A DNA stretch of 42,839 nucleotides from a virus: the IMG/VR virus record IMGVR_UViG_3300045988_131422. One strand, 5' to 3'. Below the pieces are notes generated by a model, which saw nothing but the letters and a program-made list of their open reading frames with translations, did not search any database and had not been told where the DNA came from. The position numbers were made by a program, and so were the translations under genes. Positions 35,880 to 42,839 of this stretch are shown here, one piece after another. How positions within the stretch are numbered: position 1 is the stretch's first letter; each line of letters starts with the position of its first letter.

Positions 35880-35938
35880 GATGTGTTCTCCTTTCTGGGT
35901 AGTCGTTGGTAGTGTTCTTTAAAATAAATTTAATATTC

Positions 35939-36154
35939 TTAAACTTTTTCTGTAAAAAAATAATATCCTATTTGGTCTTTCGGAATATTTAACATATCGC
36001 ATATTTTAACGATATCATCTCGTGAAAATGGCGTTTTACTTTGCATTTTTCGAGACATTGTATTTTCAGATGTTCCAAACGCTTCTGCAAATTGGTTTTG
36101 ACTCCCATATTTCTCGATCATTTTAGCTTTTAAAGCGTTAAAATCAAACTTCAT
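35939..36154 (-). CDS. Cro-like HTH regulator (71 aa)
   Basis: Divergent from the cI-like gene. QNQFAEAFGTSENTMSRKM HTH. Start refined to ATG 36154 (GGAGG). Confidence 0.7.
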   Translation of the reverse strand: MKFDFNALKAKMIEKYGSQNQFAEAFGTSENTMSRKMQSKTPFSRDDIVKICDMLNIPKDQIGYYFFTEKV

Positions 36155-36183
36155 TTTTAACACCTCCTTCATTTGACAACTAA

Positions 36184-36212
36184 AGTATAACTCTATTAAA
36201 CTCTTTTGTCAA
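36184..36212 (-). promoter_or_regulatory. Early leftward promoter (TTGACA-17-TATACT)
   Basis: -35 at 36207..36212, -10 at 36184..36189. Flanked by TTGACAA/TTGTCAA inverted half-sites. Confidence 0.6.
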
Positions 36213-36243
36213 CACGTTTGTTTAATTTTATTGAACTTTATTG

Positions 36244-36272
36244 TTGATTTACTTAATTTTGTTCAATATAAT
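36244..36272 (+). promoter_or_regulatory. Repressor promoter (TTGATT-17-TATAAT)
   Basis: -35 at 36244..36249, -10 at 36267..36272. TTGAAC/GTTCAA inverted half-sites nearby. Confidence 0.6.
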
Positions 36273-36293
36273 TAAATCGTGAGGTATATAAAT

Positions 36294-36644
36294 ATGTCAG
36301 AAATTAAAGATAGAATTATTGAAGCATTAAAATACAATAGAATGAGTGCAAAAGAACTTAGTGATAAAACTGGTATTCCAAAATCGTCTATATCTCAATA
36401 TATGAGCGGATATGCCAAACCAAAACATGACCGAATTTATCTAATTGCTAAAGCATTACACGTTGATGAAGCTTGGTTGATCGGCTATGATGTTCCGATG
36501 GTTAAAGAGACATTCACACAGAATCTCTCTTCTAACGAAAAAAATCTCTTGGATATATATCGTGTTTTGGACGACAAAGGCCAACACACAGTGGATACAG
36601 TCACACAAATGGAATATGAAAGAGTTAAGAAAGATAATAAGTAA
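36294..36644 (+). CDS. cI-like XRE-family repressor (116 aa), no S24 peptidase domain
   Basis: MSAKELSDKTGIPKSSISQYMSGYAKPKHDRIYLIAKALHVDEAWLIGYD. Confidence 0.8.
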   Translation: MSEIKDRIIEALKYNRMSAKELSDKTGIPKSSISQYMSGYAKPKHDRIYLIAKALHVDEAWLIGYDVPMVKETFTQNLSSNEKNLLDIYRVLDDKGQHTVDTVTQMEYERVKKDNK

Positions 36645-36698
36645 TTCAGGTATGTAATTATATCTGGATTTTGATTATAAAAAAATAAAAGGAGGAAT

Positions 36699-37523
36699 AT
36701 GATGTCAACATATAAGCCAGCTAAAACTTTAGATGAACAAATCAAATACTTAAAAGAAAACAAGAGAGTCTGTTTTAATATCATCGACGAAAGGCATGCT
36801 AAAGACATATTGTTTAAATATAACTATATCAATATCATCACTCCGTTTAAGCATCACTTTGCTAAACTCTCGAACAAAAAAGAGGTTATCAAAGAAAATG
36901 GAAATCATGTATATGAAAGAGATGTAGAATTTAGTGAATATTATGAATTATACAAAAATGAACGTAAAAATTATCCTATCATTTCAAAAAATATCATTTT
37001 CTTTGAAACTATATTTAAATCAATATTTTCTTACAGAGTACTAACTACGTACACGTTGGAATCAAAAAGTGACATTTTAAGCTTTTTAGATGCAGTTCGA
37101 ATGAGAATACCTAATAACAATCATTATAACGAAGAGCGTATCAATCACATGAATAGACACATTGACGAAATAAAAGCTAATATCAATAACTATCATGATG
37201 TGTATTGTTTCTTTGATAGAATGTCTTTGGGCCAAACTCTGACAGTTTATTGTGGCTTAGAATATAGAGAGCAAGACAAAATATTTAAGGATTGTAAAAA
37301 CGTTGGAATTGATTTTGGTGTAGATAAAACACCAGATTTCATTTCGAAATTCTTTACTTTAATTGCAGTTCGTAATTGCGTAATGCATTGCAACAGTTTA
37401 GAAATATTAATACGCTTTTACAACCCAAAAACAAAAGCTCTTCGTGATAGCACAAACAAAAAACGATTTACAACTATGATTAAATACTTGAGTAAAGAAA
37501 AAGGCTACACCAATATGATGTAA
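36699..37523 (+). CDS. Abi_2 (AbiD/AbiF-like) abortive-infection protein (about 273 aa)
   Basis: N-terminus KTLDEQIKYLKENK..HAKDILFKYNYINIITPF pattern of the AbiD/F family. Lysogeny-module location. The start may be ATG 36702. Confidence 0.65.
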   Translation: MMSTYKPAKTLDEQIKYLKENKRVCFNIIDERHAKDILFKYNYINIITPFKHHFAKLSNKKEVIKENGNHVYERDVEFSEYYELYKNERKNYPIISKNIIFFETIFKSIFSYRVLTTYTLESKSDILSFLDAVRMRIPNNNHYNEERINHMNRHIDEIKANINNYHDVYCFFDRMSLGQTLTVYCGLEYREQDKIFKDCKNVGIDFGVDKTPDFISKFFTLIAVRNCVMHCNSLEILIRFYNPKTKALRDSTNKKRFTTMIKYLSKEKGYTNMM

Positions 37524-37689
37524 CCTTTCTTCCGACCCTGGGTCAATTTACATTTGTATTTTAAATGACATTTTGTTTATTGTCAACAAAAAAGTGCTTA
37601 TCCATATTATCAAATCTTTGTGCGAACGTCAAATTTATCTTATAAAATCTATAAAATACCGAATCTATCAATTCAGAAAGAAATTTATT

Positions 37690-37938
37690 ATGACTAATCA
37701 TGAAATTGCAGATGTTATCAACAAAGCCTTGAATATGCTCCAAAATATAACTAATTTCTACAACGGAAAAGCCAAAGATTCATTTGCTAAGATTCTATCC
37801 ATAACAACTATTAGTAAATATAGAATTAAGAAATCGATTAATGCATTAGATCCAATTGGAAAAATACAGTTATCTAATGAAACAATGGACAGAATTGACA
37901 CTGAAATCGTAAAAGCTATAACCAACATTGCCTTGTAA
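37690..37938 (+). CDS. Hypothetical protein (82 aa)
   Basis: ATG 37690 downstream of a TTGTCA...TATTAT promoter-like sequence (37580..37610). Weak SD. Confidence 0.4.
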   Translation: MTNHEIADVINKALNMLQNITNFYNGKAKDSFAKILSITTISKYRIKKSINALDPIGKIQLSNETMDRIDTEIVKAITNIAL

Positions 37939-38057
37939 AACGCTTGATTTTAAAGAAATTCATGTTATTATAAAGATGAATTTCAGTGATGATACATTGT
38001 ATCAGGCACTGCAGGTATTTATTTCGGTAACACATTTGTGGGTACCGCGGATAAGGG

Positions 38058-38090
38058 AAAGCTATTCGATTTCGGATAGCTTTTTCTTTT
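38058..38090 (+). terminator. Intrinsic terminator upstream of int
   Basis: AAAGCTATTCG-ATTT-CGGATAGCTTT then TTCTTTTAT. Confidence 0.75.
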
Positions 38091-38101
38091 ATAAAAAAAT
38101 A

Positions 38102-38190
38102 TCCTGGATGCTACCAACATCCAGGACAATCAAGAGTACTACCAATACTCTCACATAAAAAGGTGACTACCACATCAAACTTTTTATGTG
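38102..38190 (+). promoter_or_regulatory. int leader with two perfect hairpins displaying CTACCA motifs
   Basis: TCCTGGATG-ctaccaa-CATCCAGGA (38102..38126). CACATAAAAAG-17 nt loop with ACTACCAC-CTTTTTATGTG (38152..38190). ACTACCAA at 38138..38145. Confidence 0.5.
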
Positions 38191-38221
38191 CTCATTTTAG
38201 CATAGAATGGAGGAAATTTAA

Positions 38222-39301
38222 ATGCCTATTTATGAGCGTAAACACAATGGAAAGAAACAGTGGAGATTCCGCTGCTATTATACTGATTTTAACGGGAACC
38301 GTGTTCAGAAACAATCCAAATGGTTTGATATGAAGAAGGATGCAGTTCAAGCAGAAGCTATATTTGTGCAAACGAAAGCAGAAGGAGATCAACGTGTTAC
38401 ATTTTATGAAGTGACGTTGAAATGGTATGAATTTAAGTCTAGAACGTTGAAACCATCCACACTGGATACGAAAAGAGTGTACCTGAATATGTTGTCTCCA
38501 CTTAATGATAAAAAGATGTCCAAGATTACATATCTTGATATTGATAACTTTTTTGAATTGCCACAAATCAAATCTTATAAGTATTCGACTAAAATGACTT
38601 TATTAACGAATCTTAGAAATATCTTTAGATTTGCGAAGAAGCACTATGGAATTGTCAATGATCCATTTTTTAAGATGGCTCCATTAATTAAGCCTGTAGC
38701 CACTGAGGCTAAGAAGCTTGAAATCGTGTCTAAAAGTGATTTTAAGACACTTTTTGAATACGCAGTAACATCTAGAGATGGAGCGTGGAAAGATACGGCA
38801 TACGCGATTTGGACTATGTATATGACAGGCATGCGTGTGTCTGAATGTTTATCTTTAACCTTTGAGGATTTCGATGGTAAATACATCCATATTCGCAGAC
38901 AGTATATTCGTGGTAAGTGGCAGACACCTAAGACCAAGAATTCAATTCGTAAGATTGCGGTTGATGAAAAGACAAAATCGTTTATTTATGAATTGAAGAA
39001 ATACTATTCTTCTTTTGATGAATTTGAAGAGACGTGGTTTATATTTGGTGGATATAGACATATGGATCCAGAAATATTAAGATGCAGGAAAAACAAATTG
39101 TGTGCAGAAGCTGGAGTTCCTGAATTCAATATTCATGCGTTAAGGCACTCACATGCTTCAAATTTAATCGAGGCGGGTGTAAATATGTACAAGATATCGA
39201 AACGTCTAGGACACTCTTCTATACGTACTACAATGGATATCTATGGACACTTGATTGACACTGAAGAAGATGAGGTTTTGAATGCAATTTCAAATTTTTA
39301 A
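38222..39301 (+). CDS. int: Tyrosine integrase (359 aa)
   Basis: TGMRVSE, HALRHSHAS, LGHSSIRTTMDIYGH catalytic motifs. Arm-binding-type N-terminus. Adjacent attP-like region. Confidence 0.92.
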   Translation: MPIYERKHNGKKQWRFRCYYTDFNGNRVQKQSKWFDMKKDAVQAEAIFVQTKAEGDQRVTFYEVTLKWYEFKSRTLKPSTLDTKRVYLNMLSPLNDKKMSKITYLDIDNFFELPQIKSYKYSTKMTLLTNLRNIFRFAKKHYGIVNDPFFKMAPLIKPVATEAKKLEIVSKSDFKTLFEYAVTSRDGAWKDTAYAIWTMYMTGMRVSECLSLTFEDFDGKYIHIRRQYIRGKWQTPKTKNSIRKIAVDEKTKSFIYELKKYYSSFDEFEETWFIFGGYRHMDPEILRCRKNKLCAEAGVPEFNIHALRHSHASNLIEAGVNMYKISKRLGHSSIRTTMDIYGHLIDTEEDEVLNAISNF

Positions 39302-39498
39302 GTCATAAATAAGTCATAGCTTTATGCAAAAACAGAAATTCCCCTTTATTTAAAGGGGAATTATTTTAGTTTGTAAATTTTTCGTAGATGTATGCCTTGT
39401 TTATGCATATGATTTATACTTTATATAAAGGTATGTGTTTCATATAAAATATTACTTTTTAATACTTTTAAAAAATAATAAGTCAAATTCAAGTCATA
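39300..39498. other. attP-like region with phased AAGTCA(T/A)A repeats on both arms
   Basis: AAGTCATA at 39300 and 39311; AAGTCAAA at 39480 and AAGTCATA at 39491 (11-bp phasing, same orientation). AT-rich centre between two convergent terminators. Confidence 0.45.
39337..39367 (+). terminator. int terminator
   Basis: AATTCCCCTTT-loop-AAAGGGGAATT then ATTTT. Confidence 0.8.
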
Positions 39499-39528
39499 AA
39501 AAAGAACCTACGCATTACACGTAGGCTT
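39498..39528 (-). terminator. Terminator after the endolysin gene
   Basis: - strand AGCCUACG-UGUAAUG-CGUAGGUU then CUUUUUU. Confidence 0.7.
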
Positions 39529-39536
39529 CATTATAT

Positions 39537-40631
39537 TTACGCAATTTCTGTTAACGGTGTTGGGTCAACCCAAACGCCACCAATCTTGACAATATTCTTT
39601 TGAACATTCACTGCATCGACTCTGATTCTAGATACATAGACTACTGCATTTGTGGTATGCAATACATTGTCATTATATCCGTCTGAATTAGGTACTTTGT
39701 CTACCATACGAATTGGAAACCAACCACCCAGTTTTGATAGATAGCAACATAAATCATCGCCAATTTTCTTCAAGCCTTGATTTCCGATTTTCATATGTAC
39801 AGAAGTAACATAGCTACCTTCATGTAAAATTTGATCGATAGCTTCACTACTTGATTGCGTCGTTCCTACTGGTGTATGAGGGTCTGTATCGATACCTGCA
39901 TCATTTGTCCATCCAATAGCTACTCCATTACGATCAACACGATATGGATATTTAGAGCCTTTAATAACTCTACCAATTGAACCGTTCCAATCTCCTTTTA
40001 AGATTTTAGAAGTTCCGTAGCAGTTAACGCTTAATGTATTTGTGCAGATAGGTGTACCGACTGAATACTTTTCACCACTTGGAGTGTTTGGAGTACTTGG
40101 AGCACTTGGTGCTACAGTTTGACCATCCAATCTAGCATTTACTTCTTGTGCTAATTGAGGCATTTTCGAATGTAAATAAGGACCAGGACAAGATGTTGCT
40201 GCGAACATTCTATGTTCTGTCAAACTTCCAGTTGAATCACCAGTGTAGTTTAATCTGAATCCATATCGTTTACATACATCCACGCATAGATTTACTAATG
40301 CATTCCAAGCTTTTGATGAGATAGTCCATGTATCTGTATTATCATTAGCAATTTCAATTGTAATTGATTGGCAATCGTTATAGTAATTTGATGATGTCCA
40401 TGCTCGATTTTCTTCGTCAACATTCGCAACGATTGTACCGTCTGAACCGATACAATAGTTCGCACTAGCCGTTCTTCCACTTACTTGGAATGACTGAGCA
40501 CATCGTTCTGCAGTCCACGTGCATGCCATGTGGTGAGGTGTGATTTTACATACCTTGTAACCACCACGACCACGCATATAGTTATCTGCACTTGCAGGAA
40601 TATATTTATTAGTTAAGCTTGAATATGACAT
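39537..40631 (-). CDS. Endolysin: N-acetylmuramoyl-L-alanine amidase (Amidase_2/PGRP-like) plus C-terminal wall-binding repeats (364 aa)
   Basis: ITPHHMACTWTAERCAQSF..ASANYCIGSDG..ENRAWTSSN..SITIEIAN..SCPG. Follows the holin. Confidence 0.85.
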   Translation of the reverse strand: MSYSSLTNKYIPASADNYMRGRGGYKVCKITPHHMACTWTAERCAQSFQVSGRTASANYCIGSDGTIVANVDEENRAWTSSNYYNDCQSITIEIANDNTDTWTISSKAWNALVNLCVDVCKRYGFRLNYTGDSTGSLTEHRMFAATSCPGPYLHSKMPQLAQEVNARLDGQTVAPSAPSTPNTPSGEKYSVGTPICTNTLSVNCYGTSKILKGDWNGSIGRVIKGSKYPYRVDRNGVAIGWTNDAGIDTDPHTPVGTTQSSSEAIDQILHEGSYVTSVHMKIGNQGLKKIGDDLCCYLSKLGGWFPIRMVDKVPNSDGYNDNVLHTTNAVVYVSRIRVDAVNVQKNIVKIGGVWVDPTPLTEIA

Positions 40632-40729
40632 TCTTCTTCGCCTTCTTCTTTTCCATTTGATAGCTCTGATTGAGCTTCTTCTGATAATTCTTCAAATTTT
40701 ACTTCTTTTTCTTCCGTATTTCTGTCCTC

Positions 40730-41128
40730 CTAATTTTTTTCTACTAAAAAATCTTGAATTTCATTTCTAGTTTCGACTAGCTTTTCTTTATCTGAATCAG
40801 ACAATAAACCATTCAAGATTGCAATGTTGGCTTTAAGTAATAAATTACTTCTTTCTTTATCTTCATCAAGACGATTATCGTGTTCAGATAAAATGCGAGT
40901 ATGTTCATTTAGCTTATTACTTAAGCCTTCTTGCGAAATGACTAACTTTTCGATATTTTTAATTCTATCGTTATCTTGTTTTAACAATTCGTCATGCCTT
41001 AGAACCATCGCTTTTAAATCTTTATTTGGTTTTTGCCAATCTTGAAAAACTTTATAAGCACCACCGATTGTGATAACGCCACCACATATTACTAAGAATA
41101 GTTGGATTGATCTAATTACTTCTTCCAC
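40730..41128 (-). CDS. N-terminally anchored coiled-coil membrane protein of the lysis cassette (132 aa)
   Basis: TM IQLFLVICGGVITIGGAY followed by a heptad-rich helix. Lies between holin and lysin. Confidence 0.5.
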   Translation of the reverse strand: MEEVIRSIQLFLVICGGVITIGGAYKVFQDWQKPNKDLKAMVLRHDELLKQDNDRIKNIEKLVISQEGLSNKLNEHTRILSEHDNRLDEDKERSNLLLKANIAILNGLLSDSDKEKLVETRNEIQDFLVEKN

Positions 41129-41139
41129 AATCCAACACC

Positions 41140-41409
41140 CTATTCATTTTCGCTTTTGCCTTCTACAAATCTAGTAAAAGCTTGGTGCATACCTGTAGAT
41201 GCTAATCCCATTAATGCACCATAAACTGCATTTTCAATTGATAATCCACTGACTGCTAGATTTAGCACTAACCCAGTGAATGCAAGCACTGTTGGAATAT
41301 ACTTATTTGGAAAACTTTCAAATGATGTTTTCAAAATATAGCCAACAATTAAACAAGCCACTACTACTACCAAAACAAAATATTTACTTAATTCTGCAAA
41401 ATCAATCAT
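41140..41409 (-). CDS. Holin (89 aa)
   Basis: Two to three TM segments, charged C-terminus, GALMGLASTGMHQAF motif. Upstream of the endolysin. Confidence 0.7.
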   Translation of the reverse strand: MIDFAELSKYFVLVVVVACLIVGYILKTSFESFPNKYIPTVLAFTGLVLNLAVSGLSIENAVYGALMGLASTGMHQAFTRFVEGKSENE

Positions 41410-41421
41410 CTTATATTCATC

Positions 41422-41670
41422 CTATAATTTAGTTACATTTAACATCACATAGCCTTCTTTGAATCCATCATTAGTTGTGATGCTACGAATTTGTGTCATT
41501 CTGAATAAACCAGTATCTGTCTCTTTTCCTTCATCTAAAGACACTTGTTTGAATAACACGTAATCTTGTTCATTGATTTGTTTATCAGTCAAATCAAGAA
41601 TAATAAAGTCATGTTCCGTAAAGAAATTCCACAACTTTGTATTTAAATTGATTTCATGAACCTTAGTCAT
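41422..41670 (-). CDS. Small protein (82 aa), possibly DUF3850/ASCH-like
   Basis: Start refined to ATG 41670 (AGGAGG 7 nt upstream). VHEINL...TGLFRMTQIRSI..GFKEGYVMLNV resembles DUF3850 from memory. Confidence 0.35.
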   Translation of the reverse strand: MTKVHEINLNTKLWNFFTEHDFIILDLTDKQINEQDYVLFKQVSLDEGKETDTGLFRMTQIRSITTNDGFKEGYVMLNVTKL

Positions 41671-41675
41671 ATAAA
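41648..41675 (+). promoter_or_regulatory. Promoter for the shufflon recombinase (TTGATT-16-TATAAA)
   Basis: -35 at 41648..41653, -10 at 41670..41675. Overlaps the start of the divergent gene. Confidence 0.45.
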
Positions 41676-41713
41676 ATCCTCCTATTAACATAAAAAAAGT
41701 GAGGTAAACAAAA

Positions 41714-42607
41714 ATGCTATATTCTGACAAATTACATTCTTGGCTTCAAGAAAAGAAAATCTATCTAAAATACAGCACTTACACAAATTATTGTAATGTG
41801 ATTCATAATCACGTATTGCCAACACTTGGCACATATAAAATTGAAGAATTGAATAACGATATTCTGCAAGAGTTTATTCTTCAAAAACTTGAGAATGGTC
41901 GTAAAGACGGAAAAGGTGGCATTTCTTTTAAATATGCCAAAGATATTATTCAAATTTTGAAGTTCACACTTCCATTCAAAGTCGATATTCAACTTCCATA
42001 CCATCCTCCTACGGCGGTAGAAATTTTTGAAAAAGAAAATCAAATCTCATTGATTAATCACCTCCAATCTGAGATTAATTACAAAAACTTTGGAATCCTG
42101 TTATGCATCCACACTGGAATACGCATAGGTGAACTATGCGCTTTGAAATGGTCTGATATAAATATACAGACCAAACTTTTAAAAATTGACAAAACCATGA
42201 TACGTACATACACAAAAGAAGACGGTAGTCATCTTTCAATAACACCGCCTAAATCACGTTCTAGCACTCGTATGATTCCCTTGAACACATGGATAATGCA
42301 TTATGCAATACTTCTACAAGGCGATGCAGATAACTATGTATTAACGAATCGAGATAAGCCGATAGAGCCAAACAAATACAGACTTTACTACAATAGAATC
42401 CTTAAAGAACTCGAATTACCACACCTCAAATTCCATGCACTCAGACATACTTTCGCAACAAGATGCATTGAGTGTGGTTGCGACTATAAATCACTTAGTG
42501 AATTGCTTGGCCACTCCAATGTATCAATCACAATGAACATCTACGTGCATCCTCAAATGGAATTAAAGCGTAAATGTGTAGAGCTACTTTGCGATTACTA
42601 CAAGTAA
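41714..42607 (+). CDS. Tyrosine recombinase (297 aa), candidate shufflon invertase
   Basis: TGIRIGE (Arg), HALRHTFAT (His-x-x-Arg), LGHSNVSITMNIYVH (His...Tyr). Stop lies 2 nt before recombination core D. Confidence 0.85.
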   Translation: MLYSDKLHSWLQEKKIYLKYSTYTNYCNVIHNHVLPTLGTYKIEELNNDILQEFILQKLENGRKDGKGGISFKYAKDIIQILKFTLPFKVDIQLPYHPPTAVEIFEKENQISLINHLQSEINYKNFGILLCIHTGIRIGELCALKWSDINIQTKLLKIDKTMIRTYTKEDGSHLSITPPKSRSSTRMIPLNTWIMHYAILLQGDADNYVLTNRDKPIEPNKYRLYYNRILKELELPHLKFHALRHTFATRCIECGCDYKSLSELLGHSNVSITMNIYVHPQMELKRKCVELLCDYYK

Positions 42608-42609
42608 AT

Positions 42610-42622
42610 GTATGTCCTTTGC
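42610..42622 (+). repeat. Putative recombination core, site D (GTATGTCCTTTGC)
   Basis: Same 13-nt core. Contains the ATG (42612) of cassette D. Confidence 0.7.
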
Positions 42623-42839
42623 ACCTAATTCCGTAGGTGGTGAATACTATCATACATTATCATATTCTGAAATGCCTGCTCACGCACACGAAGTTGGTAT
42701 ATGGGATACATCTGGGTCTTTAAAGACTAATCCGTGGGAATTTATGACTATTTACGGTTCGCATCATTCTGATGGTCAAAGTCACAATGTAAACAGTGTT
42801 CATACAAATGGATCTGGTGGCAATATTCCACACAATAAC
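42612..42839 (+). CDS. Silent tail-fibre C-terminal cassette D, 5' part (90 aa in total with 56..100)
   Basis: MSFAPNSVGGEYYHTLSYSEMPAHAHEVGIWDTSGSLKTNPWEF... No SD. Continues across the circular junction. Confidence 0.7.
   Translation, partial: MSFAPNSVGGEYYHTLSYSEMPAHAHEVGIWDTSGSLKTNPWEFMTIYGSHHSDGQSHNVNSVHTNGSGGNIPHNN
42785..42839. repeat. Terminal overlap copy (identical to 1..55)
   Basis: See 1..55. Confidence 0.95.

Noticed and set aside
37928-38158. 76-aa + strand ORF between the small gene and int
   Set aside because: It reads straight through a strong intrinsic terminator and two perfect hairpins. It has no SD.

Overview
The window is a complete, circularly closed temperate siphovirus-type phage or prophage genome. 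The first 55 nt are identical to the last 55 nt, so the unit length is 42,784 bp. It is low-GC and shows Firmicutes hallmarks: AGGAGG-type SDs and L27/Prp-type leader peptides.

Layout. The lysogeny module is on the + strand: cI-like repressor at 36294, an AbiD/F-like gene, a small ORF, the integrase at 38222..39301, and an AT-rich attP-like region at 39302..39536. All lytic functions are on the - strand. In order they are: cro-like gene, small early genes, YqaJ exonuclease/RecT/RusA, a replisome organizer with internal iterons, SSB, dUTPase-like gene, a late activator, TerS/TerL/portal/MuF/Prp/scaffold/capsid/connectors/major tail, a G/GT chaperone pair with a -1 frameshift, TMP, Dit, Tal and the tail fibre. 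The order then continues across the coordinate origin to the holin and endolysin.

Most notable. The tail-fibre gene ends in what looks like a four-cassette shufflon. One expressed and three silent C-terminal cassettes are each headed by the same 13-nt core. They are arranged in inverted pairs next to a second, dedicated tyrosine recombinase.

Other points worth a second look:
- a phage-encoded Prp protease plus L27-like leaders on capsid, scaffold and major tail
- a MuF protein with an HExxH C-terminal extension and a translationally coupled 52-aa ORF
- intrinsic terminators sitting directly in front of late-gene SDs
- two compact promoter-to-terminator units on the strand opposite the early genes (candidate small RNAs with defined complementarities)
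- several intergenic repeat families
- two split genes

All family names are recalled from sequence motifs. No database search was possible.
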